Below the pieces are notes generated by a model. The model did not search any database and was not told where the DNA came from. It worked only from the letters and a program-made list of their open reading frames with translations. A stretch of DNA of 34,992 bases, from IMG/VR virus record IMGVR_UViG_2663763256_000001; one strand, 5' to 3'. Shown piece after piece: positions 28,623-34,992 of this stretch; positions within the stretch are counted from its first letter, which is position 1, and the number at the start of each line of letters is the position of its first letter. The stretch is from a virus (lineage: Duplodnaviria > Heunggongvirae > Uroviricota > Caudoviricetes). The translations under genes and the position numbers were made by a program.

Positions 28623-29042
28623 ATGGTTCATGAAGATAAAGCGCGTAAAGAGTTCGCCAGTAGGCTTGCGCTAGCCTGTGAAAACGCTGGTTATGAACAA
28701 CATGGAAGGCAGGCAGAAATTGCCCGTCGAATGAAATTAACACCAAAAGCGGTTAGCAAATGGTTTAATGGCGAAACAATTCCTCGCCGGGAGAAATTAA
28801 GGGAATTAGCAACACTAATAGGAACAACACCAACCTATCTTTTGGGAGAGGATACAGAAGAAAGTGGACAGGTACGTTTCTATCAGGAGTTAAATCCAAG
28901 ACAAAAAATCATCATTGACCTTCTGGACGAGCTCCCTGACAGTGAGACAGATGAACTTTTAAAAACTCTTGAAGAGAAAAAACAGAAGTACAATGCAATT
29001 TACGAAGAGTTAGCACGAAAGAAAAAACAAAAAGCCTCTTAA
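28623..29042 (+). CDS. DicA/RacR-like XRE-family repressor
   Basis: 139 aa with N-terminal HTH (GRQAEIARRMKLTPKAVSKWFNGETIP) and C-terminal segment IIIDLLDELPDSETDELLK resembling DicA LELLELFNALPESEQ. Confidence 0.65.
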   Translation: MVHEDKARKEFASRLALACENAGYEQHGRQAEIARRMKLTPKAVSKWFNGETIPRREKLRELATLIGTTPTYLLGEDTEESGQVRFYQELNPRQKIIIDLLDELPDSETDELLKTLEEKKQKYNAIYEELARKKKQKAS

Positions 29043-29339
29043 ACCAGCATAAATCCGGTAGCGCCTTCCTCCGGGTTTGTGCTTCACTTTATCCCATCTC
29101 ATTTTTTTACACACAAAATGTACTAAATGTACTTTACAACAATGAACACAAAGTACATTATATACCTGCCACCCACCCCGCCCCACAGAATGCAGGGCAA
29201 TACTTCGAGTTACCAGGCAGTGGTCAGGGGTTAAGTAGCCAGCCCGAGGCGTAAGAACATGACGGCAGGGTTCAACTTTAATAACTATGCAGCAGGTTTT
29301 TGTTCCGCTACCCCGGCGTTAAGGGGAAATGAGGTCAGC

Positions 29340-29495
29340 ATGGATACTATCGATCTTGGCAACAGCGAATCTCTGGTATGTGGCGTGTTCCCCAACCAGG
29401 ACGGTACGTTCACCGCGATGACGTATACCAAAAGCAAAACGTTTAAAACCGAAAATGGTGCCCGTCGCTGGCTGGAAAGAAACTCAGGTGAGTGA
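29340..29495 (+). CDS. ydfA: YdfA-like small protein (51 aa)
   Basis: MDTIDLGNSESLVCGVFPNQDGTFTAMTYTKSKTFKTENGARRWLERNSGE. GAGG RBS. Matches the length and synteny of Qin ydfA. Confidence 0.6.
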   Translation: MDTIDLGNSESLVCGVFPNQDGTFTAMTYTKSKTFKTENGARRWLERNSGE

Positions 29496-29496
29496 T

Positions 29497-29625
29497 ATGG
29501 ATTTCGACACAATCATGGAAAAGGCTTACGAAGAATACTTCGAAGGTCTTGCCGAAGGCGAAGAAGCTCTCAGCTTCAACGAATTTAAACAGGCGCTTTC
29601 CAGTTCGGCAAAATCTAACGGCTGA
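29497..29625 (+). CDS. ydfB: YdfB-like small protein (42 aa)
   Basis: Hand-translated MDFDTIMEKAYEEYFEGLAEGEEALSFNEFKQALSSSAKSNG. Start is 1 nt after the ydfA stop. Not in the ORF track. Confidence 0.5.
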   Translation: MDFDTIMEKAYEEYFEGLAEGEEALSFNEFKQALSSSAKSNG

Positions 29626-29654
29626 TAAGCGAAACAGCACCGCGAGGAATCAGT

Positions 29655-29873
29655 ATGCAGAAACGAGAACCCGTCATCATCGCGCCAGACTATACCGATG
29701 ATGAACTTTATGAGTGGATGTACCAGAAAATTAATGCAGCGCAGGATCTGAAATGGGCCAATGAAGCCAGGGCTAAGCAGGCTGAAAATCTGTCCGCTCT
29801 GGAGCAGGATATCACTAATCTGGAAAAAGCAGCGGCATTAAGCATTGCCAGAATGATTACATACCCGCGTTAA
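29655..29873 (+). CDS. ydfC: YdfC-like small protein (72 aa)
   Basis: 72-aa ORF matching the length and position of Qin ydfC. Confidence 0.5.
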   Translation: MQKREPVIIAPDYTDDELYEWMYQKINAAQDLKWANEARAKQAENLSALEQDITNLEKAAALSIARMITYPR

Positions 29874-30185
29874 TAGCTAACCAACGAAGCTAAGGTTGGT
29901 AAGTAAGGAGTTCTCCACGGGTGAGCATCCGGCACAGACAGTTTACTGAAAGGATATTTCCCTGCAAAGTCAGACCATAACGCGAAAGCGCACGGCGAGG
30001 TAGCTGGTTCATAGATAGCCTGTCGTTAAATTTTCGTCGACCGTGCGCTTCCGGTTGTGGCAATCCGCGAAATGGTGCGGCGGTAAGTATGGCGGGGTTA
30101 TTCCTTCCCCCGTTGAGGACACCGGGTTGTCAGGTTGACCATACGCTTAAGTGACAACCCCGCTGCAACGCCCTCTGTTATCAAT

Positions 30186-30243
30186 TTTCTGGTGACGTTT
30201 GGCGGTATCAGTTTTACTCCGTGACTGCTCTGCCGCCCTTTTT
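30186..30243 (+). ncRNA. dicF: DicF small RNA
   Basis: TTTCTGGTGACGTTTGGCGGTATCAGTTTTACTCCGTGACTGCTCTGCCGCCC followed by TTTTT matches the recalled 53-nt DicF sequence. Lies between the ydfC and dicB homologs, as in Qin. Confidence 0.75.
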
Positions 30244-30412
30244 AAAGTGAATTTTGTGATGCGGTGAATGCGGCTGAGCGCACGCGGAACAGTTAAAACC
30301 AAAAACAGTGTTATGGGTGGATTCTCTGTATCCGGCGTTAATTGTTAACTGGTTAACGTCACCTGGAGGCACCAGGCACCGCATCACAAAATTCATTGTT
30401 GAGGACGCGATA

Positions 30413-30601
30413 ATGGAAACGTTATTACCAAACGTTAATACGTCTGAAGGTTGTTTTGAAATTGGTGTCACTATCAGTAACCCTGTATTTACTGAAGATG
30501 CCATTAACAAGAGAAAACACGAACGGAAGCTATTAAATAAAATATGCATTCTTTCAATGTTGGCCCGTTTACGTCCGATACAAAAAGGATGCTGGCAATG
30601 A
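30413..30601 (+). CDS. dicB: cell division inhibitor DicB
   Basis: 62 aa, METLLPNVNTSEGCFEIGVTISNPVFTEDAINKRKHERKLLNKICILSMLARL, near-identical to recalled DicB. Confidence 0.85.
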   Translation: METLLPNVNTSEGCFEIGVTISNPVFTEDAINKRKHERKLLNKICILSMLARLRPIQKGCWQ

Positions 30602-30789
30602 ATACAGCATTTGCACTTGTTCTGACAGTTTTTCTTGTTTCCGGAGAGCCAGTTGATATTGCAGTCAGTGTTCACAGGACAATGCAGGAGTGTGTGACTG
30701 CAGCAACCGAACAGAAAATTCCCGGTAACTGTTACCCGGTCGATAAAGTTATTCACCAGGATAATAACGAAATCCCGGCAGGTCTTTAA
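30598..30789 (+). CDS. ydfD: YdfD (Qin-type lysis-associated small membrane protein)
   Basis: 63 aa, MNTAFALVLTVFLVSGEPVDIAVSVHRTMQEC...NCYPVDKVIHQDNNEIPAGL, matching recalled YdfD. ATG overlaps the dicB stop (ATGA). Confidence 0.8.
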   Translation: MNTAFALVLTVFLVSGEPVDIAVSVHRTMQECVTAATEQKIPGNCYPVDKVIHQDNNEIPAGL

Positions 30790-30881
30790 AACAGTTCCGT
30801 AATAAACATCCGATTTCATTCTTATATGCCAGCAATGGCAGGGATTTGTTCACCCTTAAATCTGTAATGAGGTAAAACAAA

Positions 30882-33353
30882 ATGAGTAAAGTCTTTATTT
30901 GCGCCGCCATTCCGGACGAACAGGCAATAAAGGAAGAAGGTGCCGTCGCTGTAGCCACTGCCATTGAAGCCGGTGATGAACGTCGCGCCCGCGCAAAATT
31001 TCACTGGCAATTCCTGGAACATTATCCGGCTGCTCAGGACTGCGCTTATAAATTTCTTGTTTGCGAGGATAAACCCGGTATACCCCGCCCTGCCCTCGAT
31101 TCCTGGGATGCTGAATATATGCAGGAAAACCGCTGGGATGAGGCGTCTGCTTCCTTTGTCCCGGTCGAGACTGAATCCGATCCGATGAACGTCACTTTTG
31201 ACAACCTAGCCCCTGAAGTACAGAACGCTGTCATGGTTAAGTTCGACACATGTGAAAACATCACTGTTGATATGGTGATTAGCGCACAGGAATTGTTGCA
31301 GGAAGACATGGCAACATTCGACGGCCATATCGTTGAAGCGTTGATGAAAATGCCAGAAGTTAACGCTATGTATCCGGAGCTTAAGCTGCATGCCATCGGG
31401 TGGGTTAAGCATAAATGTAAGCCTGGTGCCAAATGGCCCGAAATTCAGGCAGAGATGCGCATCTGGAAAAAACGTCGCGAAGGTGAACGCAAGGAAGCCG
31501 GAAAATACACGTCTGTTGTTGATCTCGCCCGCGCCAGAGCCAATCAACAGCACACTGAAAATTCAACAGGAAAAATCAACCCGGTCATTGCTGCCATTCA
31601 TCGCGAATACAAGCAGACATGGAAAACACTGGATGACGAACTGGCCTACGCTCTCTGGCCTGGTGATGTGGATGCCGGAAACATTGACGGCAGCATCCAT
31701 CGCTGGGCAAAAAATGAAGTTATCGACAACGACCGCGAAGACTGGAAGCGTATCTCGGCATCAATGCGCAAACAGCCTGATGCCCTTCGCTACGACCGCC
31801 AGACTATTTTTGGCCTTGTCCGTGAACGTCCGATCGACATTCACAAAGCCCCTGTGGCACTGAACAAATACATTACTGAATACCTGACTACAAAGGGCGT
31901 GTTTGAAGATGAAGGAACAAATCAGAGCGCAACTGATACTCTCTCGTCGCCAGTACCAGAAACTGATGCAGTGGAAACGGCAATTCCAGACAACGAAAAA
32001 ACCGAATGCAAAGTGGAAGTCGAACCATCTGTAGAACGTGAGGGGCCGTTCTACTTCCTCTTCACCGACAAGGATGGCGAAAAATACGGTCGCGCAAATA
32101 AACTTTCTGGTCTGGATAAGGCGCTGTCTGCTGGGGCTACTGAAATCACGAAAGAAGAATATTTCGCCCGCAAAAACGGTACATACTCAGGTTCACAACA
32201 AAATACTGGTGCATCTGACACGACCGCACAACCAGGGTCAGTAAAAGTTACCGCTGACGAAGTAAACAAAATTATGCAGGCAGCCAATATCAGCCAGCCT
32301 GACGCCGATAAGTTGCTTGCTGCATCACGTGGTGAATTTGTTGAAGGGATTAGTGACCCGAATGATCCGAAATGGGTTAAGGGGATCCAGACCCGCGATT
32401 CTGTGAACCAGAACCAGCATGAATCGGAACGGAACTACCAAAAAGCGGAACAAAACAGCACAAATGCGTTACAAAACGAGCCAGAAACGAAACAGCCTGA
32501 ACCAGTGGCGCAACAGGAAGTGGAAAAAGTCTGCACCGCCTGCGGTCAGACCGGCGGCGGCAACTGCCCTGATTGTGGCGCGGTGATGGGCGACGCAACA
32601 TACCAGGAAACATTCGATGAAGAGTATCAGGTTGAAGTTCAGGAAGATGATCCGGAGGAAATGGAAGGCGCTGAACATCCACACAAGGAGAACACTGGCG
32701 GCAATCAGCATCACAATAGCGATAATGAAACTGGCGAGACGGCAGATCACTCAATTAAGGTGAACGGTCATCACGAAATCACATCCACCAGCAGGACGTG
32801 TGACCATCTAATGATCGACCTTGAAACCATGGGAAAAAATCCTGATGCCCCGATCATCTCAATAGGTGCAATATTTTTCGATCCGCAAACCGGAGATATG
32901 GGACCGGAATTTAGTAAGACTATCGATCTGGAAACTGCTGGCGGAGTCATTGATCGGGACACCATTAAATGGTGGCTTAAGCAATCACGCGAAGCGCAAT
33001 CTGCCATTATGACCGATGAAATCCCGTTAGATGATGCACTGTTACAATTACGGGAATTTATCGACGAAAACTCCGGTGAATTTTTTGTTCAGGTTTGGGG
33101 AAATGGAGCCAACTTCGACAACACGATTTTGCGCCGTTCATACGAACGGCAGGGGATCCCCTGCCCGTGGCGTTACTACAACGATCGCGATGTACGCACA
33201 ATCGTTGAGCTGGGGAAAGCCATAGACTTCGATGCCAGAACGGCTATTCCATTCGAAGGTGAGCGCCATAATGCACTTGATGACGCCCGTTACCAGGCAA
33301 AATACGTTTCAGTTATCTGGCAAAAACTGATCCCGAGTCAGGCTGATTCTTAA
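30882..33353 (+). CDS. ydfE: large YdfE-like protein: acidic N-terminal region, Cys4 zinc ribbon, C-terminal DEDDh 3'-5' exonuclease domain
   Basis: 823 aa. N-terminus MSKVFICAAIPDEQAIKEEG resembles the K-12 ydfE fragment. CTACGQTGGGNCPDCG zinc ribbon. C-terminal motifs MIDLETMG, VWGNGANFDNTIL and HNALDDARYQA fit the DnaQ-like Exo I/II/III pattern. Confidence 0.7.
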   Translation: MSKVFICAAIPDEQAIKEEGAVAVATAIEAGDERRARAKFHWQFLEHYPAAQDCAYKFLVCEDKPGIPRPALDSWDAEYMQENRWDEASASFVPVETESDPMNVTFDNLAPEVQNAVMVKFDTCENITVDMVISAQELLQEDMATFDGHIVEALMKMPEVNAMYPELKLHAIGWVKHKCKPGAKWPEIQAEMRIWKKRREGERKEAGKYTSVVDLARARANQQHTENSTGKINPVIAAIHREYKQTWKTLDDELAYALWPGDVDAGNIDGSIHRWAKNEVIDNDREDWKRISASMRKQPDALRYDRQTIFGLVRERPIDIHKAPVALNKYITEYLTTKGVFEDEGTNQSATDTLSSPVPETDAVETAIPDNEKTECKVEVEPSVEREGPFYFLFTDKDGEKYGRANKLSGLDKALSAGATEITKEEYFARKNGTYSGSQQNTGASDTTAQPGSVKVTADEVNKIMQAANISQPDADKLLAASRGEFVEGISDPNDPKWVKGIQTRDSVNQNQHESERNYQKAEQNSTNALQNEPETKQPEPVAQQEVEKVCTACGQTGGGNCPDCGAVMGDATYQETFDEEYQVEVQEDDPEEMEGAEHPHKENTGGNQHHNSDNETGETADHSIKVNGHHEITSTSRTCDHLMIDLETMGKNPDAPIISIGAIFFDPQTGDMGPEFSKTIDLETAGGVIDRDTIKWWLKQSREAQSAIMTDEIPLDDALLQLREFIDENSGEFFVQVWGNGANFDNTILRRSYERQGIPCPWRYYNDRDVRTIVELGKAIDFDARTAIPFEGERHNALDDARYQAKYVSVIWQKLIPSQADS

Positions 33354-33425
33354 TGTTCAACTGTCGCCGGTTGTGACTGGTATTCTGCAACCGGCGCTCG
33401 TCTGATGTAAGAGATAAAGAAATCG

Positions 33426-33677
33426 ATGAGCGAAGTAATCATGATTGTCTCTCCCGGCAAATGGGTATCCGAAGAGCAGTTAATTGCGCTGAAAGGAATA
33501 AAAAAAGGTACGTTAAAAAAGGCCCGGGAAAAATCGTTTATGGAAGGAAGGGAATATAAGCATGTCGCTCATGACGGTATGCCATGGGATAACAGTCCAT
33601 GCTTTTACAACCTGGAAGAAATTGATCGCTGGATTGAGCGCCAGGCATCAGCAAGACCAAGACGTCATCTTACTTGA
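33426..33677 (+). CDS. xis: excisionase-like protein (DUF1233 type)
   Basis: 83-aa ORF immediately upstream of the integrase, in the same orientation. Confidence 0.6.
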   Translation: MSEVIMIVSPGKWVSEEQLIALKGIKKGTLKKAREKSFMEGREYKHVAHDGMPWDNSPCFYNLEEIDRWIERQASARPRRHLT

Positions 33678-33711
33678 CTAAAAGCCACACTAACTAATGA
33701 GAGAAGTTGAA

Positions 33712-34992
33712 ATGAAATATCCGACAGGCGTGGAAAACCATGGAGGGAAATTACGTATCTGGTTTGTTTATAAAGGCGTAAGAGTCAGGGAAAACCTGGG
33801 GGTTCCTGACACAGCAAAAAACAGGCGCGTTGCAGGTGAGCTACGCGCCTCTGTTTGTTACGCAATAAAAACTGGTGTTTTCGACTATGCAAAACAGTTT
33901 CCCTCCTCACGCAATCTGGAAAAATTTGGTGAGGCCCGACAAGATTTAACCATAAAAGAACTGGCTGAAAAATTTCTGGCACTGAAAGAAACTGAAGTCG
34001 CAAAAACATCACTCAACACATACCGTGCCGTCATCAAAAATATCCTGAGCATAATCGGTGAAAAAAATCTTGCCTCATCGATTAATAAAGAAAAATTACT
34101 GGAGGTTCGTAAAGAGCTACTGACTGGATACCAGATCCCCAAAAGTAACTATATTGTTACACAACCAGGGAGATCGGCTGTAACTGTAAATAATTACATG
34201 ACAAATCTTAACGCCGTGTTCCAGTTTGGTGTTGATAACGGTTACCTGGTAGATAACCCGTTTAAGGGGATCTCGCCATTAAAGGAATCAAGAACCATTC
34301 CGGATCCTCTTTCGCGGGAGGAATTCATCCGTCTTATCGATGCGTGCAGAAATCAGCAAGCCAAAAATTTATGGTGTGTTTCTGTTTATACTGGCGTTCG
34401 CCCTGGTGAGCTGTGTGCACTTGGATGGGAGGACATAGATCTGAAAAATGGAACAATGATGATCAGGAGAAATTTAGCAAAAGACCGTTTCACGGTACCA
34501 AAAACACAGGCGGGAACCAATCGGGTCATTCATCTTATTAAGCCAGCAATCGACGCTCTCCGGAGTCAGATGACATTAACGAGACTGAGCAAAGAGCATA
34601 TCATTGATGTTCACCTCAGAGAGTATGGCAGAACAGAAAAACAAAAATGCACCTTTATTTTTCAACCTGAAGTGTCAGCGAGAGTAAAAAATTATGGTGA
34701 CCATTTTACCGTTGACTCAATAAGGCAGATGTGGGACGCAGCGATAAAACGTGCCGGACTCCGCCATCGAAAATCATATCAGTCGAGACATACTTATGCC
34801 TGCTGGTCGCTGACAGCTGGTGCTAACCCGGCATTTATAGCAAACCAGATGGGCCATGCAGATGCGCAAATGGTATTTCAGGTATACGGAAAATGGATGT
34901 CTGAAAACAATAATGCACAGGTAGCTTTGTTAAATACACAGTTAAGCGAGTTTGCCCCAACCATGCCCCATAACGAAGCAATGAAAAATTAA
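33712..34992 (+). CDS. int: tyrosine integrase
   Basis: About 426 aa. N-terminal arm-binding-type segment (GKLRIWFVYKGVRVRENLG). C-terminal catalytic region with R...HxxR...Y arrangement (SRHTYACWSL...QVYGKW). Complete; TAA stop at the window end. Confidence 0.85.
   Translation: MKYPTGVENHGGKLRIWFVYKGVRVRENLGVPDTAKNRRVAGELRASVCYAIKTGVFDYAKQFPSSRNLEKFGEARQDLTIKELAEKFLALKETEVAKTSLNTYRAVIKNILSIIGEKNLASSINKEKLLEVRKELLTGYQIPKSNYIVTQPGRSAVTVNNYMTNLNAVFQFGVDNGYLVDNPFKGISPLKESRTIPDPLSREEFIRLIDACRNQQAKNLWCVSVYTGVRPGELCALGWEDIDLKNGTMMIRRNLAKDRFTVPKTQAGTNRVIHLIKPAIDALRSQMTLTRLSKEHIIDVHLREYGRTEKQKCTFIFQPEVSARVKNYGDHFTVDSIRQMWDAAIKRAGLRHRKSYQSRHTYACWSLTAGANPAFIANQMGHADAQMVFQVYGKWMSENNNAQVALLNTQLSEFAPTMPHNEAMKN

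Noticed and set aside
30214-30819. 201-aa - strand track ORF
   Set aside because: It lies antisense to DicF, dicB and ydfD, which have strong matches on the + strand. Cys-rich low-complexity translation. Judged spurious.

Overview
Nearly the whole 34,992-bp window is one lambdoid prophage of an Escherichia-like host, resembling an intact Qin/Rac-type mosaic, lying inverted relative to the + strand. The late genes run on the - strand from 1 to about 13.3 kb (tail L, M, H, G/G-T, V, U, Z; head genes including a protease-capsid fusion, portal, W-like, terminase large and small), followed by a lambda-like cosN candidate. Next come an AT-rich accessory block (gnsB/ynfN/cspI-like), a lysis cassette (Rz with embedded Rz1, SAR endolysin, dual-start pinholin) split by two small uncharacterized genes, and a Q-like antiterminator with pR'/tR' and two tRNA genes. 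The nin-like region holds RusA, a DUF968 protein, a hok-family toxin, three coupled small proteins, an IS5 (1195 bp, TTAA duplication) and an IS5-disrupted gene. The early region has an O-like replication initiator with in-gene iterons, a divergent Cro-like/DicA-like switch, and a + strand operon (ydfA-ydfB-ydfC-like, DicF sRNA, dicB, ydfD, an intact 823-aa YdfE-like exonuclease-domain protein, xis, int). No CRISPR array, rRNA or recognisable classical defence system was seen. The most unusual content is the set of uncharacterized morons and the large YdfE-like protein. Gene names are assigned from recalled protein similarity and synteny, not from a database search; all coordinates come from reading the sequence and the ORF track.
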